This document shows, in pieces, positions 1 to 13,561 of a DNA stretch of 64,000 bases. A program made the translations under genes and the position numbers. This DNA comes from Paraphysomonas bandaiensis. Taxonomy: Eukaryota > Protista > Chrysophyceae. The stretch spans positions 1-64,000 of the forward strand of contig CBFFRP010000386.1 in the NCBI GenBank assembly GCA_965644295.1. The letters are read 5' to 3'. Below the pieces are notes generated by a model. It was not told where the DNA came from and searched no databases. It saw nothing but the letters and a program-made list of their open reading frames with translations. Each line of letters opens with the position of its first letter. The stretch's first letter is position 1.

Positions 1-9
1 GTGTCCCAG

Positions 10-62
10 ATGACATCACATCACATCACATCACATCACATGCTACTATTAATCACATCACA
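10..62. repeat. (ACATC)n pentanucleotide microsatellite
   Basis: gacatcacatcacatcacatcacatcacat seen directly. Confidence 0.8.
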
Positions 63-302
63 TGCCACTATTAATGTGGTGTTGATGTGATAGAAACTAA
101 CTGCACATGGAGATGAAGTGAAGTGCATTTCAAAATATGTTCCTCGCACCGGACACTTCTAGACATGCATGTGCGCCCAGATCGAGCACGGCGCAGCATA
201 ACATATAGAAAAACACGTACAAAAAAAATTTGAATTTGACCAAAAACGCCCCACAAGAGCGTCGAACACGCGTCATGAGTGTGTGGTGAGGACGCGGTGT
301 GC

Positions 303-1152
303 ATCACACTACGCCGCAACCACACTGCACGAGCAGTAACTACAACACGCACATCTTGACCATAATACATATGCATAACTTAACACACACACATACACAT
401 ACATATAGGGATGGATCTTCTGAGTCAGTATCTTCTGGTGCTTAGATGGTGACATTGTTGATGACAGTGAGGAGTGCTCAGGAGGTGTGGTTTATCGGAT
501 GAGGTGTTCATTGTTGTGTGGATCACACCTCCTGAGCACACAGACAGACACACACATACACACACCTCCGAATGCTGCAGAGGTCACACCACTCTCAGAT
601 GACACTTCTTACTATGTGGTTCAGAGTTGCAGGCTTATAACTGCCTTCCAGGAAGGTCTTCATGACAGTGTTTGGTCACGAGGCTGTAGCACTGAGCCTC
701 ATACAGTGGATTGAGGAGAGTGGACTCGTGTAGAGAGGTCCAACAAGTACAAGCAGACGAAACATTATAACATCGTTTGATTGTGCACGTTAGAACACTT
801 CCTATTCCCCCTGCTTTGAGCCCACCTGAACATTGAACCCATCATACTACACCGCAACCACACTGCACGAGCAGTGCTTACAACACGCACATCATGACAA
901 TAATATATATATATGCATAACTTAACACACCATACACATACATACATATAGAGTGATGCATGTATCTTCTGAGTTAGTATCTTCTGATGTTAATATGGTG
1001 ACATTGTTGATGACAGTGAGGAGTGCTCAGGAGGTGTGGTTTATCGGATGAGGTGTTCATTGTTGTGTGGATCACACCTCCTGAGCACACAGACAGACAG
1101 ACACACACGTACACATACATCAGATTGCTGCAGAGCTGATACCACTCTCAGA
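303..1152. repeat. Direct duplication of a ~300 bp unit (about 303-599 and 841-1152); each copy holds a 66-nt hairpin
   Basis: Near-identical runs (ccgcaaccacactgcacgagcag...gtgctcaggaggtgtgg...cacacctcctgagcac...accactctcaga) about 540-550 bp apart. Confidence 0.9.
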
Positions 1153-1155
1153 CAT

Positions 1156-1771
1156 GGCGACATATCCAACGACGACCCGGAGGCGGAGGAAGAGATACCA
1201 CGAAAGTGCACGAGCAGGGTAAGCAATACTGTTCATAAAGATGGTGACGGGGTCGTATGTCGTATATATGCGGTATTGTTCTGATTATTGTTGTGCGTTG
1301 TTACTATACACTGCACTAACTGTGTACATATTATGGTGTAGGAGAAGTGCAACGGGAAGAAGAATGTTGTCAACATTCGTGGCGACATATCCAACGACGA
1401 CCCGGAGGCGGAGGAAGAGATACCACGAAAGTGCACGAGCAGGGTAAGTAATACTGTTCATAAAGATGGTGACGGGGTCGTATGTCGTATATATGCGGTA
1501 TTGTTCTGATTATTGTTGTGCGTTGTTACTATACACTGCACTAACTGTGTACATATGATGGTGTAGGAGAAGTGCAACGGGAAGAAGAATGTTGTCAACA
1601 TTCGTGGCGACATATCCAACGACGACCCGGAGGCGGAGGAAGAGATACCACGAAAGCGCACGAGCAGGGTAAGTAATACTGTTCATAAAGATGGTGACGG
1701 GGTCGTATGTCGTATATATGCGGTATTGTTCTGATTATTGTTGTGCGTTGTTACTATACACTGTACTAACT
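1156..1771 (+). repeat. 225-bp tandem repeat (2.7 copies); unit looks like a 102-nt exon plus a 123-nt GT-AG intron
   Basis: Units start ggcgacatatcc at 1156, 1381 and 1606; AGG|gtaag donor and tag|GAG acceptor; exon reads EKCNGKKNVVNIRGDISNDDPEAEEEIPRKCTSR. Confidence 0.85.
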
Positions 1772-2229
1772 GCTTATGATCCTTCACCTGCTTATGATCC
1801 TCCACCTACTAGCAATGTGCCCCCAGCGGCTGTTGCCGCGTCGTTTCCGAGCATAGGTACTAATACTACTGTAAGTAGTAGTGGTAAAGATGGCTATATG
1901 CGTATGCAATGTATCCGAAATCAGGCTATTCGGTTGGAGCGTTTGCAGTCTCAAGCGAAGCAGATGTAGCTATATGAGAATATGATATTACAAAACACAA
2001 GTAATAATAGCAGGGCCAACTTTTAACGCAATAAATACTGCTAATAACAACTATACTTGCGACTTTTTCTTTATCTTTAACCTCTCAGATACAAATTACA
2101 GTAAAATAATAACTCAATACTTATATATGAAACCTGGTGAAATTGCTTTACCAGGTTTTGGTATTACCTCGACTTTTAAGCAAGAACACGGTATCTTAAG
2201 CGTGTGCAACGCTGGTTTATGTGTTTTCA

Positions 2230-3437
2230 GTCGTTTGATGTACTTAGCAGGAGAACTTAAGGTGATTGCTGATGCTCTTAGTCGAATTTGTGGGGTGGAC
2301 GCATCCGATGAGATCGGTGAAAATATCTGTTCTTCACTCGAGCAGTGCCTTGAGGTGGAGCAGGGAACAGAGTGTGAGCATATCCTTAGTCGCTGCTGGA
2401 AAGTTATTTAGACCTGTCACAATAGTGTAGTGGGTCACCATGGGGTAGAACGAACCATGGGAAAGTTGCGAAGGAGCAACAACATTTGGAAGAACATGCG
2501 TCAGCATGTAATAACTTTTATTAAGAGATGTGTGTGTTGTCAGAAAATGTCAACGTTGAAACCATCTGTGTGGGTTCGTCCATTTACACTGTCGAAATAC
2601 TCGATGGGAGAATGTATTTATATGGATTATATTGAAGGCTTGATGCCGGATGAATATGAGTATATTAGTGCTGATGGATGCCTTCGCGAGGTGGGTTGAG
2701 TTATTCCCCACGAAAGGCATATCGGCGAAAGATACAGCCCGGGCTGTATTTTGGATAGAAAGAATTTATCATCTCGGGAGAGTCGAGATTTATTACAATG
2801 GGTGGCAGACAGACTTGTCGCTCAGGATAAGGTTAGGGCGTATGCACAACAGAATTTGCGTATCCGAGACCAGCACCATATTGAGTCTAATATGCCGGAG
2901 GGTATATCCTCATATCCGGTAGGGGCTTTGGTGCTAGTGGAATATCGCCATAACTCGTTGAGGAAGGGTCCTCCGAGCAAGTTATTACCATATTTGAAAG
3001 GCCCCATGAAGGTGGTGGCAATAGATGGTGGAATTTATACAGTGCAGAGTCTTTTGACCAAAGGCACGACGAAGCATCGTATCTCGAAGTTACGTCCGTT
3101 CTGTTATGATCCGAGGGTGGAAGACCCGGTGCAGATTGCGTTACGGGATGACACAGAGGGCGCCGAGTTTGTGATGGAGAAAATAACGAACATGCGAGGG
3201 GATGTAAAAGGGTCACGATTTGACTTGTACTTTGAGGTGTTTTGGTCTAATTATAGTGTACCAACTTGGGAGTCTTGGAAGACAGTGCGGGGTTCAGAGG
3301 CATTGCTAAGATACCTGAGATCCCACTCCAACTATCTTGTTCGGGCCCTATTACCCAAGAGAGGAAAGAAACGCTCCAGGTCAGTTGATTCGACGGAAGA
3401 AGAGGCCCAATCCGAGGAGGAGGGCTCGTCGAGTTAG
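2230..3437 (+). mobile_element. Degenerate Ty3/gypsy (chromovirus-type) pol remnant: RNase H end, integrase, chromodomain
   Basis: YLAGELKVIADALSR (RNase H C-terminus), GHHG...C-x2-C integrase Zn finger, DAFARWVELFP core, GPMKVV, chromodomain-like FVMEKI...FEVFWSNY..PTWE; broken by frameshifts and deletions. Confidence 0.85.
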
Positions 3438-3604
3438 TTTAGGGATTATGAGTTTTGACGGTTAAAATCCGCTCTGTCCATGTAGTGGACACCTATGATA
3501 AGGTTCTCGTAAGTCAGAATAATGCTTGGAGTGATATGTAGGGTAGTAGTGGTGAGTTTTTTTAGGAGTAGTAGTTTTCGTAGGCTAAATGCCAGGTTTT
3601 CTTC

Positions 3605-3759
3605 AAAAAAAAAGGAAGGAAGGGGTAGTGTGGCATGAAACCCCAGCCTTTTGGGAAAACCTTGGGTTTTTAGATTTGCGATCACTCTCCTTCAGGGTTT
3701 GCCTTGGGCACGTCCCTTCAGGATCGTGATATAGTGATAGGCAGTTGCTTCATGCCAGC
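3605..3759 (+). mobile_element. Polypurine tract plus probable short 3' LTR of the gypsy remnant
   Basis: aaaaaaaaaggaaggaagggg PPT, then tag, then TGTGGCATGAA (3629); inverted counterpart TTCATGCCA at 3749-3757. Confidence 0.6.
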
Positions 3760-3868
3760 CTATACATACATGATTCTTATATACATAATAACCATATATT
3801 CCTAGTCTTCTTTCTCTTGGTGTCTGTCAGCTACAGTATGTATGTATGTATATGGTATATGCATTCAA

Positions 3869-4515
3869 GTATGTGGAGAGGTGGGACTGACGTGGATTAA
3901 GTTGTTGTATATCTATAGCAGCACTTGCTTATACACATCCGTTTCAAACTGCAGTACTTTATCAGTACGATTCAACGAAATGCTTAATCGTTGGCATCAA
4001 GTCTAGGATGTAAGTAAGACATTGTTGAAATAGCGTATTCCGGGTGCTATTAAATGATACAAGAACTCACGTGTCTGAAAACCTAATATACTTATGAAAA
4101 CTGCAAGAACTACACTTCAGAAAGACCGAGCTTGATACATGCGAAAGTAATGATCGAATAGCGTACCGTAAAAGGCGTAAGTTGCAGGCAAAGATCCTCA
4201 GAGTATATGAAGCTAGTAGTGTAGGTGATACTGCACTTCTCATTATTAGTGTGTTTACAATCTATGAAGGGAAGTACTATACCGTATATAGCATTATGAT
4301 GCAAAAATGCATAATAATATTACGGAAGTGGTCGCACCTTGGTGCTTGCGGCGACGCACAAGCAGCTTCTGTAGCGTTAAATAGTAGGATAATGGAATTT
4401 GTACTGATTAGTTATGGGTAGAGGTCGAACTAGTATGTCTAGCATTCAACTAGCCACTATTTTGGTGCAGGTTTTTAACGCCTATTGCTAAATAAAAAGA
4501 CTTTCAATATAATAC
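3869..4515 (+). mobile_element. Old 3' fragment of the non-LTR retrotransposon family
   Basis: 4323-4502 matches the 3' UTR of the 14805-18852 element (gcaccttggtgcttgcggcgacgcacaagcagc...cgcctattgctaaataa); upstream only weak coding traces, so the 5' limit is uncertain. Confidence 0.7.
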
Positions 4516-4628
4516 ATAATAATATTATTAATAGTACATGTGCTGTAAGTTTATATAGTCATAAAGCATCTAGAAGCCAGAAAATCTCCAACGACGATAG
4601 CAGAGTTCAGAGGAATAACTAAAGATGA

Positions 4629-7379
4629 TCAGTACTTGACATTGTTCCCCACTTTACCAGTGTAGACATCCTCAATTAGAGACGTATAATTCTATGCCAA
4701 TCATTACTTTCAGACCAAACAAACATAGTGTCAACTTACTTTCAATATATTATTCCGCCGGAGAGACATTTTTGCAGTCAACATCTCGTTTTCCTATGAA
4801 TTAAACTAATTTATACAACCAAAACACTCTTCACTAGGCACCTGTGAAAAAGGTTCAAGTACTGGAACCCAGGTGTTTATTCTCTCATAGTGCTTCACAG
4901 AATCAGAAAACTTAATAATCTATGATTTTCCCATTACCATATAAAGAATATATGGAAATTAGTATCTATACCTCAGAGTTTAGAAGCCTCACTACTGCAT
5001 CATGTCGAAGCAGGTCTTCCTTGGATATTGACGCAGGAATGTCTATATTTTCGGACGAAATCCATTGTTCTAGTTCAGCAAAATCTGGAACAACTAGAGC
5101 AATATTATATTCCCGATTGGCACCAACCACACAACACTGATCGATGTAGTTACTTCGTCCTAGCGCCGCCTCTACTTGCGAGGGCATTACAAATTTTCCA
5201 TTTTCCAGCTTGTACAGCTCATTAACTCGGCCGGTGAGTTTAAGAAATTTCCCATCTACCATGCAGCCGAGGTCTCCACTTCGAAAAAACCTCATTCCTG
5301 TGAGTGTGTACCATGATAATAGAAAGAACAAATGACGTGTAAGTACCATTCTTCGTTATGAATGCCTTGTCGTTGGCTTCCTGGTTGTTGCGGTAACCGG
5401 GAGTAACGTTGTCACCTGCGACACATATTTCGCCTTCGCTTCCATCATTCATCTCTTCCAGTGTTACCGGATCAAGAATAAGCACGGTAACACCAGGAAT
5501 AGGGACTCCAACACACCCAAGTCTCCTATTTTCCCAGCCACCAGGCGGTGAAGTCGTCACCACTGGGGAGGTTTCTGTTAACCCATATCCTTCCATGATC
5601 GGCATACCAATGTCTTCAAAAAATTGTAACACCTAAGAAAAGAATAACTTTCTGCCGAGGTTCCATGATGCTAACCTATGTACCTTGAGGTTGAGAGCAG
5701 ACCCCCCTGATGCCAAATAATCTACCTGCATAGTCCATTAGTAACAGCTGATATCTACAGCACAAGAACATACCCGTCCTCCAATAACCCCTCCGCGTAT
5801 CTTCGACATAACAATGCGGTTGACAGCTTTATATTTTATGTCTAACCACCAACTCACAGGCAGGCCATACTCAAGATTATGGTTTCGCTCCCTGCGAAAT
5901 GTCAACTAACAAATATGCTATGAAAGCCTACCTCGCAATTCGAAAAGCAGTATCGATGAGCTTCTTCTTGGCAGGAGAAAAAGTGGCAAATTTGGCATGT
6001 ACACCATTATAAAGCTACAAACACTATCAGTAAAACGAGGAAGCTCCTAAGCTAGTACCCTGTTTAGAAGAAGAGGAACGGCTGCAAAATGAGTGGGCTT
6101 GACCATCTCGATGCCAGTCAAAATATGGTCACGTGAGGGTACTAGAGCGGTGGCAGAACCATGTGCCATAAGTGAATGTAGGCTGCATGTCTGTACATAT
6201 ATATATAGACCTGAGAAGTGCAGACAAACTCATGGGCACTCTCGACGTACCAGCCCGAAGATGTGAGACCAAGGTATGAAGCAGACGGTGTCATGACGTT
6301 TCATCACTTCCTCCTCACCCCATAGCTCCTGAATCACCGCAACAAGAAATTTTAAAATATGACACAAATAAGTGCACGTGCAGATAACCTTGAGAGACAA
6401 GAGATTGGACACAATGTTCCCGTGTGTGAGGTTAACACCCTGCAGCAGAGCTCAGTAATGTACTGGAAATGCGGAGCAAGCTATAGTACGCACCCACCTT
6501 AGGCCGCCCAGTCGTTCCCGAAGTATACATAACAGTTGTCAGATGTGAGCTAACAAGATGTAAGGTACAATACAATGATAATTGATTTCACACCTTGGAG
6601 GAATGAACGGAGCAGGAATCTCGGAATCTGATATGTTATTCATCAACCTAAAAACAATCGCACATGATGTAATCCATGTAGTTCAACAACATGCAACTAA
6701 CCTCTTATAACTGTGTGCATGACTAGACTCCGCATCAAAACATATGACACTCTTCACTCGCGCGAACTATGACAAAGAGGTTTGACTGCACAGATTCTAA
6801 GTCGTAACCACGCCTTACGTTATTTATGTAGCGACTGGTGATGTCGTATATCCTCTCTGTCGCAACTAGCAGCACCTCAGCTTCAGAATCTTCAATGATA
6901 TATTTCCAATCCTTTTCTTGTTGTGCCTCGTACATGGGAATGACTTGTGCACCCAAACTATTGACAGCATAATATGCCACTGCCCATTCCACCCGATTAT
7001 TACTTATCAGAGCCACCTTGTCGTTCACATTAACGCCATGTAGGGAAAGAACTCCGCGGAACCGATTTACATCCTCTGCAAACTCTCCAAATGTAATATA
7101 CTCAAATCCATCGCTTGTCATAGTGCCCAAAAACTTCTCATTACTATTCATCTCACAGGACTTTATCTGCATCTCCACCTATCTCACATTATAGACGGGA
7201 GAGTTGAGGGGTATAACACTTACAAGATTATTAAAGTCATAGTCTTGTCTTACTCCTTTCAGTGGTACGCTCTGTGTCGATAGAGCGGATGATATGCTCA
7301 TACGAGGCCGACAGCGATGAGCCGCACATGTATATTTCACGCTGCGACAAGCGAGAGACGTGAGACGAGTACCAATCAT
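4629..7379 (-). CDS. Long-chain acyl-CoA synthetase (AMP-binding family), multi-exon, possible mitochondrial presequence
   Basis: YTSGTTGRPK, EGYGLTETSP, GYRNN, FFRSGDLG, GRVNELYKLENGKFV motifs across GT-AG exons; ends ...GNNVKY*. Confidence 0.9.
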
Positions 7380-8457
7380 TTAATAATGAAATGAATGATG
7401 TACTTGGTTTATTCGTTAAGCTTAACTGGGTTTGTTATTATGGTTACTCGACACGTTGATATATCAATAGGAACATACTGCTGTACACTGTGTATGTATA
7501 TATATATAATAGATACTGCTGTACGCGCATGATACCATGCATAGATATTTATCATACGGAACACAGAATACTGCGTAGATGCACTTTATATGGACATTAA
7601 AAACGCCCATTTTCAACTAGAAGTTCATTTTTTTTCTAAAAATAAAGGGTTTCGAGCCTTCTGGGGTGACAGGATGCGTCCAAGTACTCCCTGCTGCATA
7701 TACAGCACACATATACAGCTGTGCTGAGTATGTATGCGTCCAATGTGGACATTGATAAGATACGGTGGCCACGTATCCACTGAGACGATAGGAATTAGAC
7801 AATGTGGTCGTCGCCTGTGTAGTGTAAGAGACATACAGTTTTCTCAGAGTGACTGATATATCATTGTGAACTCGATACTCTCTTCCACTGAGTATAGTTG
7901 ACCGGGATTCACAGGTGTCTGCTGCTTGACGATTGGTGTGATACAATGACAATGTGTGCGATGTAGAGAACGATATACTCTTCTTACTATTGGTCGTCTT
8001 TGTTCATTGCATTGCTACGGAGGCTAACTACGACTATTCTTTAGAGACTTGTATGATACGAAAATCTCGAGAATTCGTAGTCGTTTTCTTCTGCTATATT
8101 ATCATTAGCTTAGAATGGTTCCGTTCTTGAGTTTTTCCACCTTCGTCGAGCTCAGGTCTCTATAATATTGTTACAGTAATTCTTTTTTCGGTCCAGTATA
8201 CATTGCTAAATATTACAAATGCCTTGTTGTTTTTAAACTAGAAGTATAGTTTTGATTGTAGCGTTATTGACTCAATAAAATGTTCTTAACCATATATCAA
8301 CACAAGCACTACAATTATTTAAAGGCACAGTAGTCACTAGTCTTGCACAACCCATTGACACTTGTATATACAAAAAATAATATAAAAAATTAATACTCTA
8401 TCTTCTACCTCTGTCATGATATGTGCAACATACTCAGCAATATCAATCCACATCCTA

Positions 8458-10807
8458 TCACTTGAAATATTTCTGTATTCCATTTTTCTTGCGTTTGCGC
8501 TCATCTAGCACAGCTGATACTGTTTTAGTCTTCGGAATCCTAAATTCGGGCGTGAAACAATACAGTTTAGCAAGTAAATATAATACACACCTCATCGTGC
8601 CGGACATATCGGCACGGGACCGTTGAGTAGATCCCACGCCCAGCTTATAATGGGCGCTGAGCTCTTTCTGTAGTGCTTCTGGTAAGGAATTAAAAACTTC
8701 CATATCTATGTCGTCGATACCTGCGACAAAACCATCATCAGTACTACAATGAAGTTACAACACTTTCTTCTTACCTTCACGCGACATAACAGATATATGC
8801 TCTTTATCTTCGATAGGATCATTGATATCACAATTAGTTTTTTCGTGGTTGCCAATTTCAACTGATATTGGCCGATCAGTGGCAGAGTCACGACTTTCCA
8901 AAGGCTGTAAACCCTTTTCATCATAAGCAGTACTGTCTGTAGATGTCCCATCAAGTGTACTAGAAATATTAGTTGTTGGGGAGGACCTTGTCTGTGGAGA
9001 GTAGTATCGCTGAATTCCTCCACGATGGCGTTTCAATGGTGGAGTTGAGCATGATTTCTCGCTTGTTCTCTCTCTTGAGTCCGTACACATGCTGGAATTT
9101 GAAGATTTGGATGGAGAAACAGATGCCAGAAGTGTCGCAATATTTTGCTTACTGGAAGCCCTTGTTTCGAACGATGACGCATGTACGTATATGGACACAA
9201 TATGCCAGGGATCGCTGCTAGATATAGAAACCTTGTCAGATTTCTCCATCACGGATGTAATCATGCCATAGAAGAGGACAGAAAGCTGCTCAGGAGAATG
9301 AGAACGATGTGGAAAGGGAGCATTTTTGGACAGCGATACAGGCGACGAGGTTGTTACACTTTTACCCGCGTTGTTGAGCTTAACAGAAAAGCTGACACCT
9401 ATATGTTTCGGGAACCTGCCGTGCGTCGCAGCTCCTTCTAGCCTCTCCGTAAGCTCCGTCGACAATGCTGTCAGCCAATTTTTGACCCTTCCATCTTCCA
9501 TTGCCGCTGATGGAAGGCTTGAAGGACCTCGGAAAGTTTTGCCACATGATATAATATTAGGAAATGTGCGTGGTGTAAGGGGCTCGTCAAGGTCTCCTCT
9601 CGCAGCAGAGAGCATCCACACACACTGTGCACGATCGAAGTGAGCCAAAAGTCGATCCATCCCAATTTCAAGTAAGTCGGCAGCGGCACTCACTCCAAAT
9701 TCCTCCTGAAGGGTCTGGCCTAGTTTGCCACCGAAGCCCTTGAGGCGAGAGAGGGGCACTGTCTGCATCAGAGGACTCACTCCGCAATGGGGAACGATTG
9801 TCTGCTTGTTGGGTTTGTTCATTGCGGACACTACCTATATACTAGTTAGGCTGTTTGCAACACCAAAAAGTAGAAGCGATTACCTTGGCAAGCATCTTTG
9901 TATGAGCAATTCCTGCAGAGCAAGTGTATCCGAGACGGTCAAGAACATCCCGGCGTAGCTGACTTACCAGCGCAGATGCGCAAAGGAGGAGTCTGTCGGG
10001 GTGTCTGCCCTCATCCTCATCATCTTCCTCCAGAGACGAACACTGGCGTGTTAGCCACGCCTCACCACCACAATCACCAGCAGCAACTATAACCCCCGGT
10101 GCGGTTGCATGTTGTAATATCTCTGCGCTGATCGAAGGCCAGCGTTCCAGCATTCTTTCCGACTCTTCAGTTACATCGAGGTACACTTCATCTACGCTTG
10201 CACGCTCCACTACGCATTTATACCGCTTGCTCAGTACATCCACTACTCGCTCTCCGGCGTTGCGATATATACCAATGTCTGCTTTACCATGAGCAACAGG
10301 TACTTGTACTAGTTCCAGACTTGGACACGCTTTCTTTGCTTCCACTCCTCGCATTGATCTTGATACTCCTGCAGCTCGAGCTTCATAGCTGACTGCCTCA
10401 ATGGGAAATCGTTAAAGTTGTCTGAAAGAAAACGTACAGCACCTGCAATTAGACTGCCGTTATTATCAACTCGTCTATTATCTTCAGAAGTGAGTGTTTT
10501 CAAATCACCAAAAGGATTGTACTGAACCACTGTAAACATAATGTCAGTTGAGTGCGATATATTGTCTACAGTTAGCTAGATACAATACCTGCAACAGGTT
10601 TGCCACATAGAGTCGGGTCTAAGCCACGCTCAACCTAACAGACATGATTAGATATATAATAAAATCATCCGTAGTGATTGTATGCCTGAACATAGAAACC
10701 TGTGTATGTCTATTACTCGGTATAAGATAACATATACAGTATAACTTACAGTCCATATCAATGTGAGCTATAGCTCGATGATTACTACTCTTCTGCTTCC
10801 GATTCAT
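8458..10807 (-). CDS. POLH: Y-family DNA polymerase eta, multi-exon
   Basis: HIDMDC, VQYNP, YRNAG, ERASVDEVYLD, SAGIAHTKMLAK, NKPNKQT, GFGGKLG; C-terminal UBM-like LPEALQKEL, NLS and PIP-like GIQKYF. Confidence 0.9.
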
Positions 10808-11304
10808 CGAGCAATTATGGGCCCTTATCTTTTAAACACAGGTCAGTTGCACAGGCATCTATCAGGCCCAGATGCGTTAATGCCTGTACCAGCACTCCTC
10901 TATGCAACTTTTAAGAGGAGGTGGAGCCTATACATACTCGTATCAGACATAAACTCTAACGTATGCGTGTATATGCACTGAACTGTACAGTGTACGTGGT
11001 ACTCGCGCCATCTGCACCTAAAAACCCATGGAACCGTGAACAAAAACCACGAGTTTTCATGTTACTGAAATTTTTCTGAGTTTTCTCTGGAAAGAGATTT
11101 TCCAGAGTACACAGCAGTATAGCAATGAAAACTGAAATAAGTACCCCTGTAAGATACATTTTGATAGGTGGATGATATATGTATATGTGTGTATACATGC
11201 GTATATGTGTATATATGTATGTGGATATGATGAGGCGTCTCTCTCTCTCTATATGTGAGAGGGCTCATTATTATCCTGTGTGGCAATAGGAATAGTGGTC
11301 GAAA

Positions 11305-11994
11305 ATGAGTAAACTTAACAGCGAACTTCTCAGCCAGTCTGTCGAGAACCTCTTGAAGTACGCCCAGGGCGAGACTATCAATGTCCGTGGCAATGATATC
11401 AAGGGAAAGAAGCGTAACTTTGTGGAGACCATTGACCTCCAGGTTACCCTCAAGAACTACGATCCCCAGAGAGACAAACGTTTCTCCGGTACCTTCAGAC
11501 TCCCCGCCATCCCTAAACCCAACCTGAGAGTTTGTGTTCTTGGTAGTCAGAGCCACTGCGAGAAGGCCGATCAGATCGGTATTGATCGCATGACTATTGA
11601 GGACTTGAAGAAATTCAACAAGAATAAGAAGATCATTAAGAAGTTTGCCAAGAAGTACGATGCTTTCCTTGCATCTGGTGCTCTTCTTAAGCAGATTCCT
11701 CGTATCCTTGGTCCTGGTCTTACCAAGGCTGGAAAATTCCCTACCCTTCTTGACGAGAACGATAACTTGCAGGAGAAGGTTGACGCTCAACGCGCCACCA
11801 TCAAGTTTCAGATGAAGAAGGTCATGTGCATGTCCCTTGCCGTGGCTAATGTTTCCATGACTGAAGCTGAGATCGCCCTCAATATTCAGCTTGCTGTTAA
11901 CTTCCTCGTCTCACTCCTGAAGAAGAACTGGCAGAACGTGAAAGTCTTGTACATCAAGTCTACCATGGGCCCTGCTTTCCAGATTTACTATTAA
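11305..11994 (+). CDS. RPL10A: 60S ribosomal protein L10a (uL1), intronless
   Basis: [28 protein letters not shown]...[19 protein letters not shown]; strong codon bias. Confidence 0.98.
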   Translation: MSKLNSELLSQSVENLLKYAQGETINVRGNDIKGKKRNFVETIDLQVTLKNYDPQRDKRFSGTFRLPAIPKPNLRVCVLGSQSHCEKADQIGIDRMTIEDLKKFNKNKKIIKKFAKKYDAFLASGALLKQIPRILGPGLTKAGKFPTLLDENDNLQEKVDAQRATIKFQMKKVMCMSLAVANVSMTEAEIALNIQLAVNFLVSLLKKNWQNVKVLYIKSTMGPAFQIYY

Positions 11995-12591
11995 TTGTTG
12001 TGCATCGATGATCTGGCTTGGCGCTTTACCAGTATTCAACTTGTAACTATGTCTGTTTATCTGGGAGCTGTGCATTTTACTCTGCTCAACAAGTCTATTG
12101 CCATAACTAAATGAGGATTTTTTCCGCACATTGTGTCACTTCTAGTATAGCATGCATAATCCTAGCTGCGATGTACAGTGGATAATATAAATTTGTGGTC
12201 ATACAAGCTGTAGTCTGAGTAGCTGCCGAGCTGTACACAGTTACACACTATTGACTATTGTCAATCTCTTACGATCGTTAAGATAGTTTTTTGTATTCAA
12301 ACTAGATAGAAGATAGACTCTTTTATTATATTGCATACGCAATTGTGTGTGCTGTCATTTCGTTCATGTCGACCACTGTTCAACTTCCTATCTTGAACAG
12401 TAGTGAATACGTGAATATTGCATGCATGCAACGTATGTTAAAGTATGCTCCCACGTTTAACAAGGTAAATACCCTATTCCACCTAGTCATTGTGAACTTA
12501 AAAATTTAATTATTTAATCACTAGGTTTTTACACCAATTTTGGTGTGACTAGGAAATTCCATTAATTTGACTAGGTCGAAAAATAGATCCC

Positions 12592-12818
12592 ATATCTGAT
12601 TATATTATCAATAGACGTGTACGAGCCAGAACTAATGTAGCAAAACAATTTAACGAACTAGTACTTAACTATTATATACTACTATTATTATTTACACAAG
12701 CACCAAGGTGCAACCATTTTCGCTCTATCACTTAAGGTGAACTAGCCTGGATGCTTGACTTAAGTAGGCAGCCCAATACCCCGGATTCCCTTAAGGTGAG
12801 CCCATTCCCGGAAGCCTA
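12592..12818 (-). mobile_element. 5'-truncated copy of the SINE-like family
   Basis: Reverse strand reads ggcttccgggaatgggctcaccttaag...gcaccttggtgcttg...aattgttttgctacattagttctg...ataatcag, matching 42125-42375 and 54577-54661. Confidence 0.8.
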
Positions 12819-13101
12819 GTTCTATAGAACTATATAATTAGTAGTAGAACTTCCTATTGAATAAATAATAAATCTATAAATAAATGAAGCATCTGTCTAT
12901 AAAAGGTATGGATATATGAATAACAACCTTAAAGCTGCTTACAACTTACAATTACGCCAAACTCATATTATTACTCTGAAAGTTTAAAGTTTAATTAATA
13001 AGTTGAAGTTGTGTGCACTAATTCTTAAATATTAAAATTACATATAAATATATATATTTTATTCCATTGTTTATTAGTATATAGCGACACCTTCAGTCTC
13101 T

Positions 13102-13240
13102 CCCTCAACAAAGTCGGACTCGCACCTTTTCGTGAATTTATGGGGAATAAGTACCGGATATATTTTCCGGGAAACAAGTAAGCAGCATATATAGCCAGCA
13201 GGTATTGTTTTACCAAATGCTTGTGTGATACAAGGGACAT
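13102..13240 (+). mobile_element. 5' part of the SINE-like family with a decayed HDV-like ribozyme head
   Basis: ccctcaacaaagtcggactcgcaccttttcgtg is identical to the start of the 54371 copy and begins at the same nucleotide. Confidence 0.8.
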
Positions 13241-13561
13241 ATAATTATTATTTCAGTGTAAGTTTAGTAATACTCATGATAATAAATAAATTCCTCTGCT
13301 TTTGTTGTTGCCTTCAGTAAAAGTGTGCACATTTGTTCTTGCCTTAGACCTAAATACACTTACTAAGGAACTAACAAGCTCAATATAAAATACAAATTGC
13401 TGATGGTAGCACTATTCCTTGACGACATAGTTGCCTGATTAACGTTATAAGAGAAACTCAACAGTGTGTCAGTTGACATGTTTTAGTTCTCTACGAGAAA
13501 ATAATTGATATTCTGCACATTCAAGTTGTCGAGATTTTTTAAGATAACGACATAATTAGTA

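Noticed and set aside
1156-1771. CRISPR-like periodicity (also 46580-46840)
   Set aside because: Whole units repeat with no unique spacers; eukaryotic context and no cas genes.
11086-11108. ctctggaaa/tttccagag inverted repeat between POLH and RPL10A
   Set aside because: Single short palindrome with no second copy or other support.
11062-11790. 242-aa ORF antisense to RPL10A
   Set aside because: Shadow ORF caused by the strong codon bias of a highly expressed gene.
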